A stretch of 62,940 nt of DNA, filler included, from Reticulomyxa filosa (lineage: Eukaryota; Protista; Foraminifera): NCBI GenBank assembly GCA_000512085.1. It is 16 parts of 16 records of this genome, joined end to end, with 100 filler letters (N's around TTAATTAATTAA, not from the genome) between each part and the next. Parts side by side here need not be neighbours in the genome. Positions count along the whole stretch, not along the records: positions 6,239 to 21,698 come from ASPP01021478.1; positions 21,799 to 26,423 come from ASPP01008366.1; 14 more parts are not named here. One strand, 5' to 3'. Positions 10,137 through 23,189 of this stretch are shown piece by piece (within the stretch, counting starts at the first letter, position 1; each line of letters begins with the position of its first letter). The notes under the pieces were generated by a model. That model did no database searches, was not told the origin of the DNA, and worked only from the letters and a program-made list of their open reading frames with translations. A program made the translations under genes and the position numbers.

Positions 10137-13002
10137 ATGCAGCAAAATCTGATCCTTTGGCTGTTTTTAACAAAATATCTAAGCTACGTGTCAGGATCAG
10201 GACCAGAATCAGAAAGTGTCCAACTGTCACTTTTTAGTAACAGTGCACTGTATCCTCCTTCATTTTCAACGTCGTGGTTGTCTGAGCTTCAATATACAAT
10301 ACCTTCTTCTGTGTCATGGTCCTCTTTGTCGATCAAAGGTCTTTTACTTCTTCCTCAAAATATTGACATGTACTATTTTCAATGTCTGTGGTCGGAAGGC
10401 ATGTTCGGTTTTTTGTATTTGAATGATCACCTGATTTGTACGACAAACGTATATGAAAATACGCCGTTTACACAATGGAACATAAGTTATGTTGAAGAAG
10501 AGACCAAGTCGAGGACTGTGATTTTGCGAAGCGAAATATATGTGAACGGCAGTAATACGACAAGAGAGAGCGGATATTCTTTTGATATCCAATGGTCATT
10601 CTCCAATAACGACACCTTTCGTACTATTAATGGGACATATTTACGCTTCGATGAGAACAATACGAATTACCAATATCTGACACAGCGCGAGCAATTACAA
10701 TTGCAGCATTACAACAACACATGGAAAGACTGGCTTGCCACAAATTTCCTAATCGCCGCACGAATGCCTGACAGTTTTGGGTATCAATTTGGTCTGTGTG
10801 TTTACGAGAACGTGAATGTGACGTGCGTTACGTACGCGTGTGTGGGCTCCAGCCAGGTACGTACCCTAAAGCTGCGTTTGCTAAAGTGTTTTTGGCAAAA
10901 AAGGTATCGATCGATTTGTGTTTGAAACGAACAATAGTTGCGACCAATAACGCATGCGTTAGATCACTCGTATTGGAGTTTTGAGTTGACCGAAAAGAAC
11001 GCAACGGTATTGTATGAGTTTGCAGTGGCAAAGAACAATGACCCAATGATCAAAAGTGAGCTATACGTTCGACTGACCTTGATTAACATTGATACAAATG
11101 TGATGAAAGTGGGTACAGTGGTCTCCTCCAGATTTTTGTGGAGTCGTGTGGGCGATGTTTGGAGTGATTGTGTCAGCCAACAAAAGCAAGGAGAAATGTA
11201 TTGTTTATTTGAAAATCGAATGATTGGAATGGCAATGACTTTCTCGCTATTTTCTGGGAATAAGCCCAGCGTGCGGTATTGCAATACAACCAATGCGAAT
11301 TGCACGCAATATTTTTCGTTTGCATTCCCAGGCGTCAACACAAGTGTATTGTTTACCACAAATGAAAGCATATCGTCCAATGATGAAATTGCAATGTTTG
11401 TGGATGAATTTCGAGAGAAACAATATCAACACATTGCATCATTTGGAAATTTCACTGATCTTTACAACGGTATGTCTTTTTCTTTCTCAATGCTCAATTT
11501 TAACACAACACAAAGGGATTGATTGACCATAGGGATCGAAACCGTGATGATGTATAATTGGATTTATTCTCCCAGCGAAAGCACTTTTGGCATAATAAGT
11601 CGAAGTTGGGGATGGCTGAATGGCAACGACTACGATTTCAAATATGTGATATTCGATTGGGACAATATCTTTGGAAGTTATTTGTATGCGTTGTTTGCAA
11701 GTGATAGTAATAACGACTATATGTTTTACTCCGTACTTAACATCATCACTGTCATCAAAACCAAAACCGTGTATGGATTTGTTCCCAATTTCAAGTGGAT
11801 TGTACCTCGTGACGACTTTGGTCCAAACACGTTATGTTATTCCAATGATCGAACAGAGCCACCTATTGGGGCGATGGTGGTATGGAAATTGTACGAGCAA
11901 TTTGGAGGTTTGATCTATGTTTTATATTTGTCACAGTCTTTATCACAAGATCTTTTTGCACATTTCAATGCTTAATATGTTGTGTGCTTTTGTGCATTGG
12001 ACTGTCGGAAATTAGATGATTTCAAATGGGTAATGAATTATTTGTTCGATGATTTGTTGGATTGGAACAACTGGTTTTGGAATCATCGTCGATGTCCCCC
12101 TTTTAATTTGATTTGTTTGGGAAGCGATCCCAATCCGCCACTCATCGAAGGTGGACAAAATTCAAAACAAGGGAGCCAATATGAAAGTGGTCTAGACAAT
12201 TCGCCAATGTGGGACAATGTATCCTTTGACGCTGTGTCCACTCACCACATGATGTTATGGGACGTTGGCTTTAATGCCTTGGTTATGAATGATCTAAAGT
12301 ACTTGATAAAGCTAACCCGATTCATTCACGGAAATGATTCAAAGACGGAAGAGTTATTAACAGAGCGCTATGATTTTTATCGCAATGGGATTAGAAAGTA
12401 TTTGTGGGAAAGCGATGTTTATCATATGTTTGTTAATCGTCGAACAACAGATGACTATGACTTTTATCCCCGAGTCTCTCCAACTTATTTTTACCCATTA
12501 CTACTTGGAACGGACTTGTTAAACATCACGGAGGCTGAATTCATCGTCCAAAATTATTTGCTGAATAATCAATATTTTTGTGTTAGTATGGAATGGCCTA
12601 ATATCAACACAACTGCGGATTGCTATTACGGTAAGAGCTTTTTCTTACTTTCATTTGAAAGGTCTCTTCCTATTTATGTTTGTCAAAATAGGAATGCCTT
12701 CTATCGCCAGATCGGATCCCGCATACAAAGATCAAGATTATTGGAGGGGACTCAGTTGGGCTCCTATGAGCATGCTAACATACTGGAGCTTAGATGAGTT
12801 CGCTGCAAAATCAATTTTAATTCAACAAGCACAAGATGCACTTGTGATGCAAATGAGACAACTATTTTTAAACGCATGGTTAAATCATGCCCATGTTTGC
12901 GAAAACTTTAGTCCTGGGAATGAAACTACTGAATGCACTGGTGATCTCTTCTATTATTGGGGTGCATTAAATGCGCTACTTACATTTATCAGCCACAAGT
13001 AA
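10137..13002 (+). CDS. Secreted (alpha/alpha)6 glycoside hydrolase, GH63/MGH1/trehalase-like, with PA14-like N-terminus; about 5 exons
   Basis: Signal peptide MQQNLILWLFL. Motifs FDWDNIF, DRTEPP, YESGLDNSPMWD, YWRGLSWAPM and ENFSP...YYWG are spread over ORFs 10137, 10938, 11523, 11982 and 12580 and can be joined by GT-AG introns. Many NxS/T sites. Confidence 0.8.
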
Positions 13003-14809
13003 TCACAAATTAAGATCGTTTCACAACGTAAAACATTTTTGTCCAGTTTTGTGACAACTGCAAAAAAGGATTGCTTTGAAAATCACAAAATGTAAAATAA
13101 TATTTGCAAGTGTTGTAAATTGTTTATGAAAATATTTTGTTTTTGCTCATGCTCTTTTGAATTGTTTGTTGCAAATTAAAATTTCTAGACAAAAAGTGCT
13201 TGACTAATATCAATAAGTTACATCAAATGTATTTTATGAAATGTTTAAAATAATTGTATATATTTTCAAAAGAATTTGAAAGAAATACTGATTTTTCTCC
13301 ATTTTGTTACTCAATATTTTTGTCATAAATGCATATAATGATATTAAGAAATTTTTGAAATAAATTAAAGAAAGATAAAAAAAATAATGACAATTTTTTT
13401 ATAATGATATTAAATAAAAATTTTTGAAGTTAAAAAAATAAAGGAAAATCAATCAAAATTCATTTTTTAACTGATGAATATGCAAGAAAAAAAAAGACAA
13501 CGTAAGACATACTTAAACTCAATGATCGCCAAATTTCAGAATTCAGCTTGATGTTATTATGGCGGAATTCTACTTGTTCAAAGTGTAAGCATTGCTGGTC
13601 TGTTATATGCTGCTAATTTTGTTAAAGATCAAATTCATGTGATTATTTGTATTACTATGTTATCAATCTTTTTTGGTTTAATCGTGTTAGTGGCTCCACT
13701 AACGAGTTAACTATATTTTTTTTTTCTTATTTAAATATTTAATTGTTTTTTTTTTTAGGAAGGACTATTTTGGTCCGCGAAAATCGTAGTATCAACTCTT
13801 CAAACTCATGCTCTTCAAACTCTTCAGGCTTTTCCAACTATTCAAACAACACTGATAACAATTTTTAGAAGTCACAAGCTTTCAAGATATGAACTGGATG
13901 AAAAAAAAGTGAACTAAATCACTTACAATAAATAAAAATTTATGTTTTTTAATTTATTTTGAAGAGTTGTTTTTATTTTTGGTTCTTTAATCCAAGATCG
14001 TCTTAAGATTAGCACAAACTTTAAAATTTTGTTAAAAATTGTACCAATAGTGTGAACGACGTAACGTAAGTCAGTTGGCATTCACCAAAGTAATTAGCTT
14101 TTGCAAAACTTTTACTTATTACTTATTTTTTATGTATGACTTTGTCATAGATTTTAAATGAAAAAATTTACATTGTTTAATCTTTAGAAATTACACATTA
14201 TTTGTTGTGTTTCGTTAGAGCCAATTGTAATAAAATATCAAATGAGTGAACATAGGCTTTCTGAACCAAGATTTCTAATATTCATCATTAAATTGTACCA
14301 AGTTCATTTTTGTAAACAATACAAAACCAAAAGTAAAAGACTCCAATTCAAATGCAAGTAGTGCAACATATCAAAATAAACATTGGCACGTTCAATGCCC
14401 GATTGTAAATAATGTGCCGGATAATTCCACAGCCATAATACTGGTTGCAACGAGCTCTACACTCCGCCAAAATTCGATATGGAAAAAATATCAAAAGAGC
14501 ATGAGAATGTGATATTATCCCTACTTTAACACGCTGAAGATAGAGATTATTTTCCATTACGAAAAAGTAAATATTGACTACCCGTACGCTTGCAAAGCAA
14601 AGATTTACATGTTTGTTACGCTGTGAGCGCAAATGCGATGATATCACAGTTACATATTGCATTTTGTCAATTTATTGGTTAATACAAAACTAACAAGAAT
14701 AACACAAATAAAACAAATAGTGTCCGCAGTTTTTGGTTATTTCTTTTATTGAAAGAATTTGTTTCACTAAAAATAATGAGTTAAGTTCAAATTATCGAAC
14801 TGCTCCAAT

Positions 14810-17615
14810 TCAAAAACTGACTTTTTTATAAAATTGTTGCAGCATCTCGCTGTCCAAAGTTCTCATAGCTTTTTGATAAACTTGTGATCCATCTGCCAGG
14901 CCCATGTATTTTCTGGCAAAATTTACGTACCATATCCAAATAGCTACAACAAAGTGCCCCAAAACAGTCAATGCGATGAAAAGACAATGATGAAAAAGTG
15001 CTAAGACATTACAAACCTGGAGACTTTTTTCCATGTTCGTTGACCGCTTTTTCGAAGACGCTCTTTAATAATAGTACATTGTGTTTGTCATTATTTGGAT
15101 TGAAATCCTTGAATAACAGTCTTTCGTATATTTGAATAATTTCATAATATACACGTGGACTACAATTAGAAATTTCATTTTGAAACCAACTCAAAATTTT
15201 TAAAATGTGTGTTTTGTCTTTTTTCTTTTCATCACAAGAATTGGAATAAATGGTGTTTGCCCAATATAAATAATCCAATTTTAATTTCTCTGCAGAGAGA
15301 CATTGAAGGATACTTGATTGAAATAGCTTATTTAATGTGGTAAGCCAATACTTTGATTTATTGTCTTTCCTTTCATTGCTGTGAATCATTTGCGACATCA
15401 TGATCTCTATCATTTGTTCCCACAGTATTGGATGATCGCGATGTTCGACTTGTTTTAGTCCTTGTTGACATGCAGCAAGAGAATTTTTGAACAAAGAATG
15501 TAATAGTTGCGTACAATTTGAGTTGTTTTCATTCGGCTCAGCTTCTACATCCAAATCGTAATTGGGATTTTCCGTCATCACACACACCAGTCTGCGTTGG
15601 TAGATTTGTGAATATAGCTTCCACAACTGAGCACTTGAGGGATGTTTTCCACCGCCTCTTGAATTACCGTAATTGATTTTTCATGCTCTCCAACTGTTTA
15701 CCATTATCAATACATACTGTCAAAACTTTTTCTTTTTTGAAATGAGAAAAAAGAAGCAGTAACAAATGTAGTGTAATGAGTTAAAACTTTTCAGAAGTAG
15801 ATGAACCCATTTTTGGTAAAGCATAACATCCATGTATTTGGCCCCTTTGTATTGTTTAAATTGATTGAGCAATCTCAATTGCAAATCGATCAAATAGTCC
15901 ATGACTTCGTCGTAGATTTGTTTCACGGAATCCTGTTGTGTGGTGTCATGCATAGTCACCGAGTCATTTGCTTCGTTTTTGTCATTGGATTCATTCGACC
16001 ACGTTTTATCCTTCAAATCAGTGTAGACATGCATTCGACGATCCAAGTAATTGACATAATGTGTCATCAAATCTACAATTAACTCTTCCAAAGTTTTTTC
16101 CTTGCCATTACTAAGTATTTTTTCCTCAGTATTGATTTTGCGTTCGTGGGTTAAGTGCAATAAAGCTTTTTCGAATACGGAAATTCCAGAAAGCTGATTA
16201 GTTGAGAGTCATTGCAAACAAATGGTGATATGTATATATGCATATATTTATATGTATATTTAAAAAAGTAAACTTCTAAAGCTTTGGATGGTCCGATCTT
16301 TTGTTCATTGGTGACAATACTCTTGTTTGCCAACAACCCAACAACGACGGGGTCATCTGAATATTGCGTTTCCAAATGAGTGAACATATACGTTTGCAAT
16401 TCGATAAACTTTGCAAAGAGTGCCTCGCTGCGTCCTTTGTCAGCGGTCGAAGGGAGTTCCATTTCTTCGATACTTTGAGGCAACACTAAAAACATTTGTT
16501 TGATCAATTCGTAGCGATTGTTTTCAAAAGTATTTCCCAAAGCATAGCGAAATATCAATTTGGGGATTTGAAGTTCGGAATACATGTCTGTCATAAGCTT
16601 TTCAAGTTGTTTCGTTTCTTCTTTTTGTTTTTTTCGTTTCATTTTTTTTAACTCTTGTTGCCAGTCGACTTCATCTTTGTCAATTGCTATTCATTCATTT
16701 GGTATGCACACACATACACACACACATAGATATTTACAATATGTTTGTCTCCCCCTTTTTCACGCACACACAAAAAAAAAAAAAAATTTGAATTTATTCG
16801 CACCCCTTCCCAGCCACGGTGATTCGCAAATTGTTGCGTAGACGAGAGCACAGAAAGTGATGTCGAGTGGAAACCCAACTAAAGTTTTGTGCAGAATCAT
16901 CTTGAGAAGGTTGCGAATCGACGGGTGCATCGGAGAGCAAAAGGAAATGCTTTTTGATAATGGCGATTTCCATTTTAAAGAATTCCCAATAAAGTTTGGG
17001 CGATTGTCGATTCAATTGAACCCCTTTTTGAAATAACAGCCTGGCGTTGGTCGGATTTTGATTCCATTCCCATTCGTACAGCGCAGCTTCGGCCCACACG
17101 TCAGACCAGTGTGGATGAAGCAGCAATGCTTTCAAAAACTTTCGTCGCGAAATTGGATTGCTGTACTTTTTGGAAAATTCGAAAGACAAATGCCACAACT
17201 GTCGGTCTTTGCCGTGCTTGCTCAATGCCAGATCATACACTCCGTCAATGCGACGGATAAATGTACTGCGAATACGTTTCATGTCATTCCATGTCGTTGT
17301 TTGTTTCTTTTGCGCACGCAGCGTTAACAAACCAAATAACTTCGTCTCGTACTGAAGGTAGCGCAAGAAATCTTGTTTTGAAAATTTAAATTTGTTTTGT
17401 GCATAGTACGTTCGTTGTTTTAACACATGACGAATTTCTGTCTGCACTTCCCCCCCCCCAAATTTAAACAAATTTCTTTATTTCAAGAAGTGGCACGTTC
17501 ACGTTGTTACAAAAGGAGAAAAGCATATGAAAAAAAAGATACAAACATTATCTAAAAGTCCAGTTTGGACAAGCTCGGGCACCGAGCGCTCGACTTCCCT
17601 CTCAACAAATGCCAT
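14810..17615 (-). CDS. UTP6: U3 snoRNA-associated protein 6 (HAT repeats), multi-exon
   Basis: MAFVEREVERSVPELVQTGLL...EIRHVLKQR...DFLRYLQYE matches the Utp6 N-terminal domain. HAT repeats include KALLLHPHWSDVWAEAALYEW, ARLLFQKGVQLN and IWIWYVNF. Stop at 14810. Confidence 0.85.
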
Positions 17616-20600
17616 TAAGAAGGGACCAGTTATTGAAACTTTCCCTCTAGCTAGACAAACTTCAAAATTTTTTTGTTTAAAAAAAGTAAGTTTAAGACAT
17701 TTGTGCGTGTGAAACTTTTTCAATAGCAAGATACTAATAAATTGTCTATTTGTGTCAGCCTCATACACCACAAAAGGAATGTGCAAATATGTCGAAGTCC
17801 CTCCTTTTTTCTCGACTAAGCAGTGTCCTTGGTGTTGGTTCAAAGAATCCCTGTTCTTTCCAACATGTGAGAAGTTTGGTGTGACAAATGGAACATGAGA
17901 AACGAGTATCTCGTTGATCCAATCAAGTTAGTTATTGATGACGATTGGAACGCAACTTTGTTGCCTGGAAGTCGAGACAATGACGACTCTTTATATAACA
18001 GACTGTCTTTTCGACCTAAAACTCCTGCAGAGTGCCTGAAATTGAACAACAAAAAATCTGGCAAAATTAAGGGATCAGATTACACGCCCAAAACACAGAA
18101 AAATAATTTACTATTTTTGCAATGTCCTTTGTTGACAAATAACTTCAATTAAACTTAGAGATTGTGTCTTTTTGACAGATATTTCATGTGTTTTTAATTC
18201 AATTTGTTGTTGATTTATGATATCAATAATTGTGTCTTGCAAATTCTATTGAATGGTTTTATTTTTAAACATTAAAATTATTAAATAAAATAAAAACAAT
18301 CTTTATCTCGAGGAAAAAAAAATATTCTCCACTGGACCTAGGTAATTAATCTACTTTTTCTGCTTTCTTTGATTTCCCTGCATTTTAGCTCAAGGTGGCA
18401 TAGTGCTTCATTTGCACTGTCCAAAAAAATTTTCTTTTTAAACTTTGTTTCAATTCCTATTTCGTTAGAAAAAACTTTTTGAAGACATTTCTAGCATGCA
18501 ATATAAATATTTATCCAAAGTTATATTTGTTCTTGGTATTTCCAAACAATACATATTAAAAGTTAATAATTTCTGAATTTTTGCAATAACTACAAACCTG
18601 TCAAGATCTATGAATGACATGTAAGCAATAGTTTAATTTGACACCACATCTGACAAGTGGCACTACACTTGATATCTTTTCTCCAAAATCGTGTGCAAAT
18701 CAAAACATTATGACAAAGTCTTTTTCACTTATCAATAAATCGCCAAAGTGAAGTAAAGCTACAAAATATGTTTTGGAATTTGCCGATGGATATTGCAAAC
18801 AATTTTTAATGTATGTTCATTATGACAAAACAAAAAAGCGTTTCAAAAAATCTATTTTACAAAAATGTCTTTTTTATTGTAGAACAAACAATTTCAAGAA
18901 ATGATTTCAGATCTTCATTATTCTGGCATAAAAAAAAATCAAAAATAATTCTTTCAAAAAAAGAAGTGTCACTCATATAAAATGAAAAGGGTATAAATGA
19001 TAAATATTTTTATTTGGACGATCAATAGTGATTATAATGAAAAAAAATAAAATATATATAAATCGAATATCTTTGACTTGTGCAACAATTGGAGATATTT
19101 TCATAAAACAACTAAACTTTAAATTTTTATTTATACCTGAATTTCATCACATTTATCACACTTTTTATAATATTATTGTAAAGAATAACTTATCGTTTTG
19201 CAGCGAAAATTTGTAAGTTTTGCTAGAAATTGGTTTTTTCACATTTGTAAACAATATATTATTTCCTTCAAACGCACATCGCAATATTTAACAATGTGCT
19301 TTGAATTATATTTTCATAAATCAAGTCTAAGATTGTATACTCAATCAAAAAGATATTATTTGTGCAAGTTTTTCGTCTATCCAAAATTAATTGTATTGAC
19401 ATATAAAGCACATGAAATTACAGTGGCTGCAATTCGTGTTTCGTCTGAAATAATCCAACAAATAACACTATTATATTTTAGTTTGTTTAAAAAAACATTT
19501 TTTTCCAAAGTGAAAACTAACTATTCAATTTTATTCAATGTTGTTTTAAAAAGTTGTCTATCAACATTATAATCATTTACAAAATGTTAAAAGAAAAGTT
19601 AAATTAAGATATATTTGTTTCTAAGATATTCAAAAATACTTTCACTTTACAAACAAAAAAACTTGCAAGTAAGCATGCACATATTTACAAATGTGGACGT
19701 GTTTTGTTGCGAAACAAATAAAACTACTGAACCAACATCAAAAACACTTATGCAAGGCACAATAACCATGTAATAGTAATGCAGAATAATTATTAAATTT
19801 AAAATCTTTGCAAATATAAATAAACCAATAAAATTAAGAATTCTAACTTACCTCTCATTTACAAAATCAATGTCTTTACCAAATAATCAATTTTGGTTAG
19901 TACGACATGGTAGATGGAACAGAAGAATATAAAGAATGGCGAAGTACTTCTGCAATAGATTAGCAAAAATGGAAAATTACAAGATTGCTAACAGGACAAT
20001 TATTACGACGGACAAATGATTGATCACATATAATTTATGTTAGTCCTTGTGAATGAACATTACAAAAGGTTTGAAATTGCTAAACAAGTACTTTTTGATC
20101 AGTTTACAACTATCACTTTGCAAGTAGACCAGATTTAAGTGAATGTGCAACTGAATTACACCTCCATTTCATGGCAATTTTGTTATGATGATCAACAGTC
20201 GGTAGAAATATTCTCAAGAAAATACCTCTTACCAATTTGTTCTTTGTGTCACACACCGAGAATGTATTCGACTTTTAGATTATCGTCTAGGTCATACTCA
20301 CATACATTATTATGGCTTGACAAAGTCTCTTTGTATATTCCATTAGATGCAATTTTTGATGGTTATAGATCGATAATCTTTCGAATATCGTTATTCTTTA
20401 TTTCAATTGTTTATCATTATTCATAACAGCGGTCAATGACTATCAGTTGATCTAAACAAAAAAGATATCATTGAATTTCATTGGTATGAAATGATTGTTG
20501 AAAATATTTATCATATAAATAAGTGCGTCTCTAAATAGAACATTCAAAAGCAAATGACTCAATGTATTTCTTTCTTTTTCTGTTGTCAACAAAATTGTAA

Positions 20601-20783
20601 ACATGAAAAATTGGAAAACATCACAATGACAAAACAAAGCATTTCTTTTTATTCCACAATCATATAATAAGCAAATATGAATTGAACACAACATCAAATT
20701 AACTTTCAAAAATCTTGTGTCCCTTGTCTAAAGAAAATATGCAATCCGTCGAGTGTAATTTTAGTCAATTTTTATATTATGTT

Positions 20784-21148
20784 TTGCGCAAAGATATTGA
20801 CTGTTTAGAATATTTCCAGTTTCTTGATTATTACAACAAAAAGCATTGAACAAGAACCAATTGGAGACATGAATGGTTAGTAATTCAAAAAAATGAAATC
20901 AGGTAAACAGATCCTTCAGTATCTCAGGAATAGTTTATCTTAAGATTCTCTCTTTATGCAGCTGTTAAAAGATGTTCAGAATTGAAATGCATAATTCAAT
21001 TGTATTATTAAAATTATGAAAAGCAAATATATTTTTCCAGATTCATATTTTACAATATGCTTTTACGTCACTTGATAATTTGATTTACAAAAATATTATT
21101 TGTGCAATGACTTAAGAAACAACAAGTTCAATCTGGTGAGTAATTGAT
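20784..21148 (+). repeat. Dispersed repeat family A, copy 1 (copy 2 at 40424..40648)
   Basis: Shared blocks TTGCG..AAGATATTGAC, TAATTCAAAAAAATG.AATCAG.TAAA, AAAAGATGTT.AGAATTGAA.TGCA, AATTTGATTTACAAAAA and AAGAAACAACAAGTT occur in the same order in both copies. Confidence 0.75.
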
Positions 21149-21648
21149 TGTTTCTTTCAAAAAAACATGTAAAATGGAATTGTATTCACTTTACTTTCTG
21201 CCATTTTTTTTTACATTAAATAAAGTTTTTTGAAGCAAAATATGATGTACCATTTTAAGAAATTTTTAACCATCTTTATTTTCATTCATTTGTGTATTTT
21301 TTTGTTGCAATTATTTGCTTTTATTTCACTTGAATTTCTTGTTTTATTTTTTGAATTTCGTTGCCTTTTGCTTCGACATCTTTTTTAATTTTTCCATTTC
21401 AACAAATGTTGCTTTCTGTTTAATTATTATCATTTGCTATTGATATTTTTGAATCAAATGAAAACAAAAAAAAAACGCATCAAACCTGAGCAAAGCATAA
21501 TCGTAGATTGCGATTATTCACTCTCACCAAAATAGATGTTAAGCTTTAACATAAACTTAAACGGATACATAACCATTATCAACAACCACCAAATTCAACA
21601 AATTTAAAATCAAAAAATAACGAAAAAATAAAAAATAAAAAAAAAGTA

Positions 21649-21693
21649 AAACTGTGAGCCAGGCGGCACGGAGTGCCGCATGGCCCATAGTTT
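21649..21693. other. GC-rich hairpin at a contig end
   Basis: AAACTGTGAGCCA-G-GCGGCAC-GGA-GTGCCGC-A-TGGCCCATAGTTT: a perfect 7-bp inner stem plus a 13-bp outer stem with one G-U pair and one mismatch. Confidence 0.7.
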
Positions 21694-21798
21694 AACTTNN
21701 NNNNNNNNNNNNNNNNNNNNNNNNNNNNNNNNNNNNNNNNNNTTAATTAATTAANNNNNNNNNNNNNNNNNNNNNNNNNNNNNNNNNNNNNNNNNNNN

Positions 21799-22547
21799 CA
21801 CACAAAAAAAAAAAAAAAAAAAACACCAAACTTTCCAGAACAACATGACAAAACCAAATCCATAGATTACGTCTCCCAATAAAAGAAATAATATCAATTC
21901 CCAAACGGGCACATGGTAAGTACACAACTTTTTGTCATATCCCCCATTTGTCGTCAGCAGTAATGTCACACAAAACACTGCACAATTTGCAGCCTAACCA
22001 CCCTCCAATTTTTAGTTATTGCATGACGTACACAGTTTTTATTTTAATAATGGGCTTAAAAAAAAAAAAAAAGAAATATAATTCCTTTTTTTTTCTGTTT
22101 GTACATTCAAAAAAAAAAAAAAATTTGTTTCCCTTCCCCTTGTATCTTGCCCTTTTTTTTCTTCTTGAAGGAAAACGTAACAACAATAATTGGCGATCTC
22201 TTGACCAACCAACGGATAACAGTATGCAAAACACATGCCACTGCTCTTCCTCTTATTACATAAAAAAACCAAATGCAAAATTTACTGATCCATCTACAGA
22301 CCAGCCCGACTGGAGTTATGTAGTGACAGGGTTGATCTAAACCCGTTGATTGGGTCTTCAACATCAATTGCAATACAAAAAAAGAGCTTGTGCTTATGAG
22401 CGTCATTATCATTGATATGGTTACTATTATGTACGCCGCAGCCATTTGTCTCAGTTGTATTTTCCGCAACACAACCAATTCATAGATCCAAACCGCCAAT
22501 AAGGAAATGTCGACACTATAGAAAACATATGATAATATACTTTCCAT
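21799..22547 (-). CDS. Multi-pass membrane protein (possibly 7TM/GPCR-like), 3' truncated
   Basis: MESILSY... has at least 4 hydrophobic helices with a Cys before TM3. A second exon reads ...LCTYHVPVWELILFLLLGDVIYGFGFVMLFWK. Confidence 0.55.
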
Positions 22548-23189
22548 TTTTACAATCGATATTGCTGCAACCGCAACAATAAAACTTGGAGCGCAAAAAA
22601 AAAAAAAGAAAAAGTCTTGTATTCCATGTGAACGAAACTCGTTAATGTTGGATAATCATGGCACTTGAGAAATGAAAAGTAGAGCCTCAAAAGCGCACTG
22701 GTAAAGTTTTTAATTCTAAAATTGTCAAAATTTAGGGCTTTGGTCATGTTTCTTGTTTTGTTACGATGTGCGAATAACACACAATTTTTTTACAATTGAT
22801 TGTTTCCACTCCTTTTCATCGGTTCTCAAAAAATGAAAATGCCTCCAAAGAGACAAGCTTGTTTTTGCTGAAAGGAAAAGTCCACAATAGCAATAATTTG
22901 CGGGGGGCTCTTTCTCGTTAAGCTTTCTAACTTATTTGCCCACTAACTGTCTCATTCATTTGCTTTGTGTATCTTGCCTTTTTTCGAAATTATTTTGCGT
23001 TTTTATTGAAATTTGCCTGAAGAAAAAAACTTTCGTGTTACACTTGAGCACAAGTAGCCACATCAACTTTCATACCAACTATTAAACAACGGTTCCTAAT
23101 GTTGCTATCTTAATCAAAGAGGAAAAAAGTATATTTTTTTGCAGAGAGCAAAAAACCTGTGTAGAATAACACGGCAAATTTTAGCCAGA

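Noticed and set aside
13500-13900. Hydrophobic fragment GGILLVQSVSIAGLLYAAN...
   Set aside because: No credible start or gene model.
18200-20750. Several 60-124 aa F/I/K-rich ORFs
   Set aside because: Composition matches random AT-rich intergenic DNA.
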